From a virus, in IMG/VR virus record IMGVR_UViG_3300045988_143931, positions 97,064 through 161,063 of that record: a DNA stretch of 64,000 nucleotides; one strand, 5' to 3'. Under the pieces are notes generated by a model. That model had not been told where the DNA came from, did no database searches, and saw nothing but the letters and a program-made list of their open reading frames with translations. Shown piece by piece: positions 16,934-27,300 of this stretch. The first letter of the stretch is position 1. Each line of letters opens with the position of its first letter. The position numbers and the translations under genes are program-made.

Positions 16934-18631
16934 ATGCCAAAGGTTATTAAAAAGAAAATTTTAACTGAAGATGATTTACTAAAATTCTGTCAAGAGCAGA
17001 AATTTGCAAAATTTAGTTCTAAAGATACTGGCTATCAGTTGGCTTTAAAAGTACCTACTACTTTTGAGATAGATGATACCGTAGATGAAAATCATCGTGG
17101 AATGATGCGTCTTAAATTCAGAATTTTTCATACAGGACTTAACAGAAATAAGAGTTATGTATCAAAAGATGCTGCTGAGAAAGCAATGAATACAATTGCT
17201 GACAGACCCGTGTTGGCTGCAATCCATCAGCTTGCAGACGGAACTTGGGATTTCGAAGGTCATGAGATGGAAATTGTTAAAGACGAAAAAGGTAATGAAG
17301 AACTTAGATATATTGAATCTCAAGTTGGCTCTTTCTCATCTGAACCTGCGTTTTGGGAACATGATGATAATTTAGATAAAGATTATGTATGTGCTTATGC
17401 TTATATAAGTGAAGAATATACAAAGGCTTGTGAGATTATTCGTGCCAAACAAGGTTCAAAAAATAGTTGCGAGCTTTTCATTGATGAACTCTCCTACAAC
17501 GCCAAGGAGAAGTATCTTGACTTAAACGATTTCTATGTAAATGCTTCTACTTTATTAGGAAGTCATGATGACGGCACAGAAATTCAGGAAGGTATGGAAG
17601 GTTCTCGTGCCGATATTGCGGATTTTAGTGTAAATAACAATTCAGTAAAATTTGACAAAGATGAAAAAATGATTGAACTCTTAGAAAATCTTAACAAGAC
17701 ACTTTCTAATTTCAATAAAGAACAGACTTCTGTTCAAACACAATCAAAGGAAGGAGGAGCAAATAATAAAATGACAAAATTTGAAGAGTTACTTGCCAAA
17801 TATGGTAAGACTGCTGAAGATGTAACATTCGACTATGCAGAAATGTCAGATGAGGAACTTGAAGCAAAATTCGCTGAGATGTTCGATAATGACAATTCAG
17901 ACGGAGACAATTCAGATAACGGAGAATCTGGTGAGCCTTCCAATGATGGAGAAGGTGATGGCGAAGAAGCTTCAGAACCAGAAGGCGATGAAGGTGGAAG
18001 TCAGACTTTTGAAAAGATTGTTCGTACATATGAAATTTCTCATGAAGATACAAGATATGCGCTCTATAATCTGTTAGCACCATATGAAGAGTCAGATAAT
18101 GATTATTACTACATCTCAAATGTATTTGATTCTTATTTTGTATATGAGGGTTGGTGTACTGATAAAATCTACCGCCAGAACTATACGAAAGATGGTGACA
18201 ATGTTGCATTTGATGGTGAACGTATTGAATTATTCCGTGAGCTTTTAACAGCAAGTGAGAAGGCTGAACTTGAATCCATGCGTTCAAATTACGCTGCCCT
18301 CAAAGAGTTTAAAGAGACAGCAGAAAAGAATGAACTTCATACACAGAAAGAAGCCATTATCAATGCTGATAACTATTCTGTTCTTACAAAGAAAGATTCA
18401 GAGGGAAATTATGTAAATGCTGATTTCGCTGAATTAGTAAAGACTATGGATAATTATTCCGTAGAAGATTTTGAAACAAAGGTAAAAGTTATGCATTCAG
18501 ATTATATGTCTGCACATGCAAACTTCTCTTCTACTGGCACAAAGAAAAACACAAATTCAGTTAAGATGTTTATGAATGTGAATAGCACAAAAAAGAAAAA
18601 TAGTCGCTATGGAAATTTAAAGTTTAATTAA
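16934..18631 (+). CDS. Putative prohead protease / scaffold fusion
   Basis: 565 aa between the portal and capsid genes. Globular N-terminal domain, a central highly acidic low-complexity stretch (DNSDGDNSDNGESGEPSNDGEGDGEE), and a helical C-terminus. Assigned mostly by position. Confidence 0.45.
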   Translation: MPKVIKKKILTEDDLLKFCQEQKFAKFSSKDTGYQLALKVPTTFEIDDTVDENHRGMMRLKFRIFHTGLNRNKSYVSKDAAEKAMNTIADRPVLAAIHQLADGTWDFEGHEMEIVKDEKGNEELRYIESQVGSFSSEPAFWEHDDNLDKDYVCAYAYISEEYTKACEIIRAKQGSKNSCELFIDELSYNAKEKYLDLNDFYVNASTLLGSHDDGTEIQEGMEGSRADIADFSVNNNSVKFDKDEKMIELLENLNKTLSNFNKEQTSVQTQSKEGGANNKMTKFEELLAKYGKTAEDVTFDYAEMSDEELEAKFAEMFDNDNSDGDNSDNGESGEPSNDGEGDGEEASEPEGDEGGSQTFEKIVRTYEISHEDTRYALYNLLAPYEESDNDYYYISNVFDSYFVYEGWCTDKIYRQNYTKDGDNVAFDGERIELFRELLTASEKAELESMRSNYAALKEFKETAEKNELHTQKEAIINADNYSVLTKKDSEGNYVNADFAELVKTMDNYSVEDFETKVKVMHSDYMSAHANFSSTGTKKNTNSVKMFMNVNSTKKKNSRYGNLKFN

Positions 18632-18659
18632 AAACTTAATACAACTAACAATCAACATG

Positions 18660-18687
18660 CTCGTTGCTTTTTTGCAACGAGTTTTTT
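18660..18687 (+). terminator. Rho-independent terminator or attenuator before the capsid genes
   Basis: 8-bp stem ctcgttgc/gcaacgag with a T6 loop and a T6 tail. Confidence 0.85.
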
Positions 18688-18717
18688 AATGAAAAAATTT
18701 TAAGGAGGAATTTTATT

Positions 18718-19194
18718 ATGGCAAATATGTCAATTAAGTATGAAATTGCCAAACATGCAACTGCTAATCCTTCTAATGTTTTAGCAGCAAATTATGGCGA
18801 GCATATGTTTTCTGTTGAACTTACAACAGATACCGATAATGGTAATTTAATCGCAATCGGAGATTGGAAGAGTCTCGATCTTTATAAAGAAGCTGCTGTA
18901 ACTACTTTTACAGGAAAAATCGTACAGCAGATGAGCAATGGCAATTATCTTGTACTCGTTACCGATCCTGGAGATGCAGTTTTAGTATATTCCGTTCCTG
19001 TTGGGGCTGAAGATTGGACTAATACATGGAAGAAAGAGTCAAACCTTTACAATCTGGCTGGCGACAGAGTTCGTTGCTATGGTTTACACAAATATGACAC
19101 TTTTGAACTTTCTACTGAAGGATTCGATGGAAAACCAGAGGTAGGAAAGGCAATCACAGGCGTAAGTGCTAAGAAACTTACCGTTGAAGTTTAA
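18718..19194 (+). CDS. Putative head decoration / auxiliary capsid protein
   Basis: ATG at 18718 after TAAGGAGG (the tracked start 18664 lies inside the terminator). 158 aa, directly upstream of the major capsid gene. Confidence 0.4.
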   Translation: MANMSIKYEIAKHATANPSNVLAANYGEHMFSVELTTDTDNGNLIAIGDWKSLDLYKEAAVTTFTGKIVQQMSNGNYLVLVTDPGDAVLVYSVPVGAEDWTNTWKKESNLYNLAGDRVRCYGLHKYDTFELSTEGFDGKPEVGKAITGVSAKKLTVEV

Positions 19195-19218
19195 TTATGG
19201 AAGGAGGTTTAAAATAAT

Positions 19219-20328
19219 ATGTTAGTATTTTCTGATAATTTAAAAAGAGTATTCTCTAAACCAGAGAATGATTTCGAAGGCTTTAGAAAGCTTTTCTATG
19301 ATTATACACATGGTATAACAGTATATGATGAGGACGGAAACGAAGTTCCTAAGAATGCTGTAAACGCAAAAATTAACAGTGTTTGTTTCGATATTTTAGG
19401 ATTAGATCCTACACAGAAATATTCAAAGAGAGATATTAAAAGAGCAATGAAGAGAAACGGTCTTGAACTTATGGAGGTTCTTGAGGATACTCTTGATATT
19501 AAGGTTACAACTGGTTTACAGGAAAATGAATTCTTTAATCAGTTTGTTGAGTCAAAGAATATTTCTCAGGGAGATAAAAATGAGTTCTGGACAGATAAGG
19601 ATGTAATTCTTACTGTTGCTAAAGTATCTGGGGATCATCATGACTTATCAATGCAGAAACTTGCAGAGGGTGAATCTTTCTCAGTAAAGACATCCAACTA
19701 CGCAATCAAGGTTGGTATGGATATTGATGTATATCTTACAGGTCGCAAAGATTGGTCTAAGTTTGTTGATGCTGTATCAATCGCTATGCAGGAAGAAGTT
19801 CAGAATGATATGCTTACAGAGGTAATGTCTGTAGGTGATAAAATTCCTGCACAGGAAGTATTCCATGTAACAAAGGAGATTACTGCTTCTAACAAGGAAT
19901 CTTTTGATCAGTTACTTGATGATGTTTCTGCTGCTAATGGTGGAGTTGATGTAACAGTATTCGGTTTAAAGACAGACCTTAAAAAGCTTAATGCATTTAC
20001 AGATGTTGATTGGGCTACAGATGCTCAGAAAGAGGATATGGCAAAACTTGGTAGACTTGGTACATACGAGACTACTACTCTTGTCGAAATCCCACAGAGA
20101 TTTGTTAAGAATGATGTTACAAAGAAACTCATCAAGCCTGGTACTCTTCTTATTGTTCCTAATGTTGACAATAAGTTCTGCAAGTTTGTAGATGTTGGAG
20201 AAACAGAAATTGTTGAGGTTACTGAAAAGGCTGATAGAGCTGACGACTTCATGACATACGAAGTACAGAGAGAAATGGGCATCGCATGTATCTTTGATAG
20301 ATACTTTGGTGTTTGGACTATTGCCTAA
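19219..20328 (+). CDS. Major capsid protein
   Basis: 369 aa with a strong SD (GGAAGGAGG), followed by a strong terminator. Position after the scaffold and decoration genes. Confidence 0.65.
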   Translation: MLVFSDNLKRVFSKPENDFEGFRKLFYDYTHGITVYDEDGNEVPKNAVNAKINSVCFDILGLDPTQKYSKRDIKRAMKRNGLELMEVLEDTLDIKVTTGLQENEFFNQFVESKNISQGDKNEFWTDKDVILTVAKVSGDHHDLSMQKLAEGESFSVKTSNYAIKVGMDIDVYLTGRKDWSKFVDAVSIAMQEEVQNDMLTEVMSVGDKIPAQEVFHVTKEITASNKESFDQLLDDVSAANGGVDVTVFGLKTDLKKLNAFTDVDWATDAQKEDMAKLGRLGTYETTTLVEIPQRFVKNDVTKKLIKPGTLLIVPNVDNKFCKFVDVGETEIVEVTEKADRADDFMTYEVQREMGIACIFDRYFGVWTIA

Positions 20329-20348
20329 ATAAAAAAAACAGAAGTTAT

Positions 20349-20380
20349 AAGAGGTTGGTATAATCCAGCCTCTTATTTTT
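20349..20380 (+). terminator. Rho-independent terminator after the capsid gene
   Basis: 10-bp stem aagaggttgg/ccagcctctt followed by ATTTTTAT. Confidence 0.85.
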
Positions 20381-20944
20381 ATGGAACGAAAGGATTATAA
20401 AATGGCTTATACAAAGAAAACAACAACTCCAAAGACGGAGAATAAAGAAGAAAAAGAATCTACAGTTAAAAAGGAAGTTAGAAAGTTTGATGCAACAGAT
20501 GCCATTGAATGTAAATCAATTGTTTCTGGATGTCTTGGTATGATTGGAATTAAATCAGGTGTGAATTATGAATGGGCTGGTCGTGGCGATGTTACAGAGG
20601 TGGAGTATCAGGATCTTGTAGCTGCTATTCGTTCAGGTAAGAGACATATTACAGAACCTTTCTTTATCATTCAGGACGAAGATTTTCTTGCAGAATTTCC
20701 GCAGGTTCAGAAAATTTATACAACTATGTATTCAGTTGGCGACTTAGAAGATTTGTTAATTAACCCAGATGCAGATACCATGATTGCGACAATTGAAACA
20801 CTTCCAGATGGTGCAAAAGAATCAATTAAAAATATTGCAGCAACTTTGATAGCAAACGGACGTGTTGATAGCGTAAAGAAAATAAAAGCACTTGATGCAT
20901 TTTATGGGACGAATTTTACACTGATGTCTGAATTATTTGAATAG
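20381..20944 (+). CDS. Hypothetical head-associated protein
   Basis: 187-aa ORF. The ATG at 20402 is an alternative start. Confidence 0.5.
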   Translation: MERKDYKMAYTKKTTTPKTENKEEKESTVKKEVRKFDATDAIECKSIVSGCLGMIGIKSGVNYEWAGRGDVTEVEYQDLVAAIRSGKRHITEPFFIIQDEDFLAEFPQVQKIYTTMYSVGDLEDLLINPDADTMIATIETLPDGAKESIKNIAATLIANGRVDSVKKIKALDAFYGTNFTLMSELFE

Positions 20945-20959
20945 TAAGGGAGGCTCACA

Positions 20960-21415
20960 ATGACGCTTCCATACGAAACAATTTTTTCACGAACAAGAGG
21001 ACGAATTTCAGATCCGAAAGAACTTTATCTTGACGAAAACGATTTGCTTGAAATATATACAGAAAGATTGCATAACGTAATCTCCAATCCAAGAGTGCGT
21101 AGACTATTCTCTTCTCTTACACTCGATGACGAAATTCAACAGTTGTATTTTACGCTGAATAATTCAGTAGACGAAACGGCTGATATGAATTTTGTTGTAG
21201 GAATTCTTGTACTTGGAATGACGATTGAGTGGTTACAACCACAGGTTGATTCTATTATGCACACATCAGTAATGATAGGTGGTAAAGAAGAAAAGAAGAT
21301 ACTTGATAATCATAAAAATATGATTGACCGTCTTGATTCCATGAAAACTGAATTGAACAAACGCATTCGTGATTACGGATATATGTACAATTCTTATATC
21401 AATACGGAGTCCTAA
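20960..21415 (+). CDS. Putative head-tail connector protein
   Basis: 151 aa with SD AAGGGAGG. Assigned by position in the neck module. Confidence 0.4.
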   Translation: MTLPYETIFSRTRGRISDPKELYLDENDLLEIYTERLHNVISNPRVRRLFSSLTLDDEIQQLYFTLNNSVDETADMNFVVGILVLGMTIEWLQPQVDSIMHTSVMIGGKEEKKILDNHKNMIDRLDSMKTELNKRIRDYGYMYNSYINTES

Positions 21416-21416
21416 T

Positions 21417-21782
21417 ATGCAATACATATATGGCAACTTTACAGACAAGCAAATCAATGAAGCAGTTCGTGCAATGCATGGCGACATTCACAAACTACTG
21501 CTCTATAAAGACAAAACAATTGAAGAGAAAATATTTGAAGATGATGAAGCATTTCTCGTTTTCTTTGAAAACGTTATGTTTAAATTAGGTGGTACAAAAA
21601 ATTTATTTAACGACAACGGACTTATGGTAACTCTTATGGCAACTTTACAAGGTGCTATGGATAATTTCAAGAGTGACCATTTTAGTTACAAAAAATTCCG
21701 TAGGGCAATCTTAGATTCTCACGGATATATTAAGCAGATGTTTGAGGGAGGTGTAAGCGATGCCGAGTCTACAAACAGCTAG
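21417..21782 (+). CDS. Hypothetical neck-module protein
   Basis: ATG at 21417 after GGAG. The tracked start 21369 overlaps the previous gene. Confidence 0.45.
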   Translation: MQYIYGNFTDKQINEAVRAMHGDIHKLLLYKDKTIEEKIFEDDEAFLVFFENVMFKLGGTKNLFNDNGLMVTLMATLQGAMDNFKSDHFSYKKFRRAILDSHGYIKQMFEGGVSDAESTNS

Positions 21783-23025
21783 GCGTGTCGCAAACGCCAA
21801 GAACAACGGTGCTAAAACTATTGGTCAGATTTATAAGGAACAGTCTGACGACATGATGAATTGGACTTGGGACAATGATAAGCAGAGTAAAAAATGCTAT
21901 ATCTATGATTGGAAACATGACGATTCGCCAGATATAAATGTTGGTATGACATATGAGAATACCACAAAGACACCGATTGATGCAAAGATACTTGTAAGTA
22001 AGTATGGTTCTATTGATAAGGACTCTCCTACTTTACAGTGTCAGTTTAGACCAAAACAGAAAGAATACTTTACAGAAGATGATGAGCTATTCTATATGGA
22101 AGAATACAGAAAGAAGTACCAATTAGTTGATATTTTTGTGGGGATGTTTTTGGATATTCCAGATAAAGATGGACTTTATCATAAACACTTAATCTGTATG
22201 AAAGATGTTGAACAGGACTTTCAGAAGTATTTCATTTTACCTTGCGATTATCTCTTGCAGTGGATTCAAACAAAAGCAGATAAAAGATATAAGAGAAGTA
22301 TGTGGTGCGTTTTAAAATCACAGTCTAGTTACAACTCAGGAATTTGGGTAGATAACGTGACTGCAAGCCAACAGAATCAGGAACTTCTGTTTATTCCAAC
22401 AAATGAAATATCTGATACCATCTATTATGTTTCTGAAGATAACAATAATAATCAACGACTCATTGTAGATATTCCAAATTACTCAATTGAAAATTGGACA
22501 CCTAATACATGGGTGGTCAGCAAGGTGGAACGAGTAAATGTTCGAGGAAGGACAAAACTTACTCTATATCAGAAACCATTCAACAACAATACTGATTACA
22601 TCGAAAAAGATGAAAATGGTATTATAACAGGTCTTTGGGCTAACTATTTTGGTGGCACTGCCCCAATAGATCCATCTACTCCAATTACTCCCCCATCTTC
22701 TATCACAGCAAGAATTTCAGCATCCACTTCAACAATCAAAGTTGGTGGCAGCTATAAAAATCTCACAGTAAATCTATTCAATGATTCCAATGAAGATATT
22801 ACAACTGAATATGCTGATGCAATCTTTACATGGACTTGCTCTATTGACGATGAAGATTGGACTGATAAAGTAACATGGCGAGCTGGTACACAGTATAACC
22901 AAAAGAAAGTAAAGTTTCATAATGACACTTTTACTATCGGCAAAATACTGTCTGTTAAGTGCGAGATTATTAAGGATAACTTACCGATTGAATCTGAGAT
23001 TTTGCCATTAGAATTAACTGAATAG
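21760..23025 (+). CDS. Structural protein with a C-terminal Ig-like domain
   Basis: 421 aa with SD GGAGGGAGG. The C-terminal ~100 aa (ITARISASTSTIKVGGSYKNLTVNLF...) look like a Big_2-type Ig fold. Confidence 0.4.
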   Translation: MPSLQTARRVANAKNNGAKTIGQIYKEQSDDMMNWTWDNDKQSKKCYIYDWKHDDSPDINVGMTYENTTKTPIDAKILVSKYGSIDKDSPTLQCQFRPKQKEYFTEDDELFYMEEYRKKYQLVDIFVGMFLDIPDKDGLYHKHLICMKDVEQDFQKYFILPCDYLLQWIQTKADKRYKRSMWCVLKSQSSYNSGIWVDNVTASQQNQELLFIPTNEISDTIYYVSEDNNNNQRLIVDIPNYSIENWTPNTWVVSKVERVNVRGRTKLTLYQKPFNNNTDYIEKDENGIITGLWANYFGGTAPIDPSTPITPPSSITARISASTSTIKVGGSYKNLTVNLFNDSNEDITTEYADAIFTWTCSIDDEDWTDKVTWRAGTQYNQKKVKFHNDTFTIGKILSVKCEIIKDNLPIESEILPLELTE

Positions 23026-23035
23026 GAGGTGTTTT

Positions 23036-23698
23036 ATGGCAGAAAAATTAGTTACAAAGAATGACCTGTTAAATAAACTTCGTGCATATAACAACACTCC
23101 TGACGATGAAAATATTTTATATAAAAAAAAAATAGAAAAGGCTTTGTTATCAAACCCTTGTTTACTTTATGCACTCAATGAAAAAACGTTAGAGTCTGAA
23201 CTTTTTGATGATGATGGCAATATCAATTGGGAATGGAATGAAGAAAAGAAGGAATACGAGCCTCTTGGAGAATGGGATAGATATTTTTCAGATACAGCAG
23301 GTGATGGAAATATACTTCCGTATTTATTTATTCCAGACACTCAGACAAAAGTACGAAATTATATTTGTTATCAAGTAAGTTTTCAAGACACAGTTAGATA
23401 TCAACCTGGATTAAAAGAAACGTTGGTTACTTTTACTATTTTTGTTCATGGCAATGATAGGATGGATAAATTAACAGGTATTCCAAGACACGATCTTATT
23501 GCTTCTATTATAAGAGAACGATTTGCATGGTCAAATGTATTTGGGATGCAAACGCACATTATATCAAATCGTGAATCTACTACGGATAACAATTACGTTG
23601 TACGTACTCTTGTGTTCCAACTTACAGATTTAAATAGTAAGGTTCAGACACCTTATGGTGGACAATCACAGATGATGAACTATCAGTTAAGGCGGTGA
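23036..23698 (+). CDS. Hypothetical neck/tail-completion protein
   Basis: 220 aa with SD AGGAGGTG. Confidence 0.45.
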   Translation: MAEKLVTKNDLLNKLRAYNNTPDDENILYKKKIEKALLSNPCLLYALNEKTLESELFDDDGNINWEWNEEKKEYEPLGEWDRYFSDTAGDGNILPYLFIPDTQTKVRNYICYQVSFQDTVRYQPGLKETLVTFTIFVHGNDRMDKLTGIPRHDLIASIIRERFAWSNVFGMQTHIISNRESTTDNNYVVRTLVFQLTDLNSKVQTPYGGQSQMMNYQLRR

Positions 23699-23702
23699 TA
23701 TT

Positions 23703-24539
23703 ATGGCACAGCAAGATACTGATATGTTAGACGGGCTTCAAGCTGCTGTCATAGCCGAAGCCCAAAAGAAAAAAGAGAATACACAAGAATATAAATTTGA
23801 TTCACTTAAAATGTATTTTAAAGAAGATTACTTTGTTAAGGGTATTCGCATTGTGCAACCGACTATAGGCAATATTCTCAATATCGGTGAGTCAAAATTT
23901 TATTCTGGTCTTTCGCCTTTTCTGTACAATTCTACTTCTATTCGTGTAATGTTATGGGATTTACCTCAACGAATAGATTGGTGTAAAGTAAAAGATATCG
24001 AAGTGTTTGGAATGTTAAAAAGCACAACAAATACTGATAATTCTGCAATTCAATTATTATTTCCAGATTATAGAATTGAACATATGCAGTTAATGCAGTT
24101 TCAAGAAAAAGATTCTGACAAACCTCAGTTATGCTTATATGATTCTGAAAATAATTTTATTTTAAAAGAATCTGAATATATGGAAATAGCAGAATATATT
24201 AGAACTCTGCTTAATATACACCCAAAAATAGAAAAAGCAAAAGGTAAAACAACAAAACAATGGATGATAGATGAAGATAGAATGAATATGGCACAGCAAG
24301 AAGTTAAAAATTCTTCTACTCTTTTACCTCTTATATCAGCGTGTATCAATCATCCTGGTTTTAAGTATAAATTACAGGAATTAAGAGATGTTGGGATTTA
24401 TGAATTTATGGATTCTGTTCAAAGATTGCAGATATATGAATCTACCCATGCACTTATGAGTGGAATGTATAGCGGTTTTTGTGATACATCTAAAATTTCA
24501 AAAGAACAATTTAATTTCATGCGTGAAATACATGAATAA
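23703..24539 (+). CDS. Hypothetical protein
   Basis: 278 aa, followed by a terminator. Confidence 0.45.
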   Translation: MAQQDTDMLDGLQAAVIAEAQKKKENTQEYKFDSLKMYFKEDYFVKGIRIVQPTIGNILNIGESKFYSGLSPFLYNSTSIRVMLWDLPQRIDWCKVKDIEVFGMLKSTTNTDNSAIQLLFPDYRIEHMQLMQFQEKDSDKPQLCLYDSENNFILKESEYMEIAEYIRTLLNIHPKIEKAKGKTTKQWMIDEDRMNMAQQEVKNSSTLLPLISACINHPGFKYKLQELRDVGIYEFMDSVQRLQIYESTHALMSGMYSGFCDTSKISKEQFNFMREIHE

Positions 24540-24547
24540 ACAAGATT

Positions 24548-24572
24548 AGAGCGATTTGTATCGCTCTTTTTT
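24548..24572 (+). terminator. Rho-independent terminator
   Basis: 7-bp stem agagcga/tcgctct followed by TTTTT. Confidence 0.85.
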
Positions 24573-24610
24573 AATACAAAAAAAATAAAATTTAAGGAGG
24601 AATTTAGATT

Positions 24611-25402
24611 ATGGCATTTAAGTTAGGTGACGTAATTATTGACCGTCTTCAGTTCGGTTATGGTGCTACAAAGACTAAAGCTCTTTATGCACTGACACAG
24701 TTGACAAATGCAACTATTGATATCACTGCTGATTCAACAGATATCAAAGATAAAGATGGTAACTTGATTTATAGAAAGTATTCAGGTAAGAGTGGTGAAG
24801 TTACTGCTACTAATGCATTCATGAACCTTTCTGTAATTGAAGCTATTTCTGCTCAAGATGCTGAGATTGCTTCTGATTCTAATACAATTGTTATGCCTAT
24901 TTTTAAGATTGTAAAAGCAGGTGAAACACTTGATATTACAGATGCTGTTGAGGATTCATTTATTGTAAATGCACTTTCAGCGAATGGTTCACTTGGAAAG
25001 GCTTATACAAAAGGTTCTGCTGTTTCTGCGACAGAATTCAAAGTAGACACAGAAACAGAACACAAACTTACACCACCATCAGATCCAGAGGAAACACAGT
25101 ATCTTATTAAGTTCAAGAAAAATGTTAAGAGTGGTGCTAAACTTACAATTTCTGGTGATAAATATCCAAAGGCACATGAGTTATACTTCAAGGCTCTTGC
25201 GGTTGATAAATGTGAAATTGGAAGCTATCGTGGTTGTATTATTCATATTTCATCATTCATGCCAAGTCCAGAAGTAAGTCTTGCACTTCAGGGTGGAGAT
25301 TCACAGACAATGGATTATAAGGGTGCAATCCTTACAAATGCATGTTCTACATCTCAGGATATGGTTGAAATCTACTTTGTAGACGAAGAAGAGGAAGTCT
25401 AA
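24611..25402 (+). CDS. Putative major tail (tube) protein
   Basis: 263 aa with a strong SD (TAAGGAGG). It sits between two terminators, so it is probably highly expressed. Position after the neck genes. Confidence 0.5.
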   Translation: MAFKLGDVIIDRLQFGYGATKTKALYALTQLTNATIDITADSTDIKDKDGNLIYRKYSGKSGEVTATNAFMNLSVIEAISAQDAEIASDSNTIVMPIFKIVKAGETLDITDAVEDSFIVNALSANGSLGKAYTKGSAVSATEFKVDTETEHKLTPPSDPEETQYLIKFKKNVKSGAKLTISGDKYPKAHELYFKALAVDKCEIGSYRGCIIHISSFMPSPEVSLALQGGDSQTMDYKGAILTNACSTSQDMVEIYFVDEEEEV

Positions 25403-25426
25403 TCTTTATACAACCAAAACATATTT

Positions 25427-25455
25427 AGAAGAGTGGTCTTCCACTCTTCTATTAT
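25427..25455 (+). terminator. Rho-independent terminator
   Basis: 10-bp stem agaagagtgg/ccactcttct with a TCTT loop. Confidence 0.7.
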
Positions 25456-25472
25456 ATTAAGGAGATGAATGA

Positions 25473-25850
25473 ATGAGCAAGAATGATTTAAGAATGTGCT
25501 GCGTTTGTCATGAGGAGTATTCATTTTGCCCAGTTTGTAATCCAGAAGACAGATTAAAACCCACATGGCATTTTGCTTATTGTAGTGAAAATTGCAAAGA
25601 CATTTACAATATTACTTCTTCATTTGAAGATGGACGCATGACAGATATTGAAGCAAAAGCAAAATTAGAAAAACTCGATTTAAGCAAAAAAGAATATTTG
25701 GGTGAAAGTTATCAAAATTCTATTGCTTCAATTATGAAGGCAAAAACACAAGTTATTAAGAAAGAAAATAAAAAGGCAGAAGTTAAATCTGTCAAAAAGG
25801 ATATTGTTACGAAAGTCGAAAACGAGGCTGAAAGTGATGTTGAACAGTGA
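25473..25850 (+). CDS. Zn-ribbon protein, function unknown
   Basis: 125 aa. CCVCH...CPVC...C..NC Cys pattern and a Lys-rich tail. Confidence 0.5.
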   Translation: MSKNDLRMCCVCHEEYSFCPVCNPEDRLKPTWHFAYCSENCKDIYNITSSFEDGRMTDIEAKAKLEKLDLSKKEYLGESYQNSIASIMKAKTQVIKKENKKAEVKSVKKDIVTKVENEAESDVEQ

Positions 25851-25863
25851 TTTTGAAAACTCT

Positions 25864-25911
25864 ATAGGGGAATATAACATTACTGTTTAATGCTATATTC
25901 CCCTATTTTTT
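25864..25911 (+). terminator. Rho-independent terminator
   Basis: 13-bp stem ataggggaatata/tatattcccctat followed by TTTTT. Confidence 0.85.
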
Positions 25912-25940
25912 ACGAATATTGTATGGAATGAAAGGATAAT

Positions 25941-26162
25941 ATGGTTAAAACAAATTTAAAACCGAGGGATTATTTACCACATGAGGCAGTTAGAATTGTT
26001 AATCCCAAACAGTCTCTTCTTTATATAAAGAATGGTGTGTATCCTATAGATATGTATGTAAGTATTGATGATAAAACAAATAATTCAATTCTTGCAATGG
26101 TATTTTTAAAAGAAGACACCGCTGATGTATATAAAAAGTGGTGCAATTATGAATTAGATTAG
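25941..26162 (+). CDS. Small hypothetical protein
   Basis: 73-aa ORF with SD AAAGGA. Confidence 0.45.
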   Translation: MVKTNLKPRDYLPHEAVRIVNPKQSLLYIKNGVYPIDMYVSIDDKTNNSILAMVFLKEDTADVYKKWCNYELD

Positions 26163-26173
26163 GTGGTGATTGA

Positions 26174-27280
26174 ATGTATTTAGATAATGCAGCGACAACT
26201 CCATTAAAATCGGAAGTTAAGGATTATATTATATCTCTTTTTGACACATACCAGAATCCATCGTCAATGTATCAATCTGGTGTTAATGTAAAACAAATAA
26301 TTACCACAGCACGAAATAATGTCGCCAAATTCATCAATGCAAATCCAGAAAATATTATTTTTACATCGGGCGGTTCAGCCAACAATACGCTTTTTATTAA
26401 AGGTTATACTCAGAGAAATGAATGTAGAGTGTTATACTCTCCTACTTCACATAAATCGGTGCTGAAGTGTGTAGAATCACTTAAATATAAGTGTTCACTT
26501 AAAGTTGATTATACAGGAAAAATTGATCTTCAAGATCTTAAAGAATGTTTATCTATAGATACAATGAAGAAGCTTGTAGTTATAGAACATGCTAACTCTG
26601 AGATTGGAACAATTCAAGATATAAAACAGATTATTGAAATGTGTCATTTTTATAACGCAATAGTCTATGTAGATTGTACAGGTTCTATTAGTCAAATCCC
26701 TGTAGATATAAGAACTTTAGATGTTGATGGTTTGGGGTTTTCCGCACATAAGCTTTCAGCTCTAAAGGGCGTAGGTATTTTATATAAGAAGAAACATATC
26801 GAACTTGAACCACTTATATATGGTTCACAAGAACAAGGGTTGTTTGGTGGTACTGAAAATGTAATAGGTATAGCCGCACTTGGTAAGGCAGTTGAGAATT
26901 ATGATTACTCTTCTATTACATCTAATAATCGTAATTATATCTATAATAACATTAAAAATAATATTCCAGATTCATATTTGGTTGGAGCTGATTTGAAGCA
27001 TAGATTACCACATAATCTATACATATGTTTTAAAGGAATACAAGCTGAATCATTGATGATATTACTTGATATGAATGGGTATCAAGTATCAACTGGAAGT
27101 GCTTGTACAAGTGGCGATTTAACACCATCTTCTACTCTATTGGCTATTAAAATGAATAATGGAGATATAAATAGTTGTATAAGAATTACATTAAGTGGTA
27201 AAGAAGAGATTACTGAACTGAATACGTTTTGTGAAGTATTGAAGAGGTGTATAGAAACATTAAGACAAATGAATAAATAA
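26174..27280 (+). CDS. Cysteine desulfurase (class V aminotransferase, NifS/IscS-like)
   Basis: 368 aa. MYLDNAATTP N-terminus, PLP-lysine motif FSAHKLSALKGVG, catalytic-Cys loop STGSACTSG. Confidence 0.8.
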   Translation: MYLDNAATTPLKSEVKDYIISLFDTYQNPSSMYQSGVNVKQIITTARNNVAKFINANPENIIFTSGGSANNTLFIKGYTQRNECRVLYSPTSHKSVLKCVESLKYKCSLKVDYTGKIDLQDLKECLSIDTMKKLVVIEHANSEIGTIQDIKQIIEMCHFYNAIVYVDCTGSISQIPVDIRTLDVDGLGFSAHKLSALKGVGILYKKKHIELEPLIYGSQEQGLFGGTENVIGIAALGKAVENYDYSSITSNNRNYIYNNIKNNIPDSYLVGADLKHRLPHNLYICFKGIQAESLMILLDMNGYQVSTGSACTSGDLTPSSTLLAIKMNNGDINSCIRITLSGKEEITELNTFCEVLKRCIETLRQMNK

Positions 27281-27300
27281 AAATAAGGAGGAAATAAATT

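Noticed and set aside
17712-18287. Long antisense or overlapping ORFs inside large genes. Examples: 17712..18287 (-), 33278..33700 (-), 45134..45517 (-), 42569..42913 (-), 46068..46367 (-), 14654..14938 (-), 12870..13208 (-), 13258..13593 (+)
   Set aside because: They lie fully inside longer ORFs with recognisable products and lack SDs. Their low-complexity compositions are typical of reverse or shifted frames of coiled-coil or acidic coding sequence.
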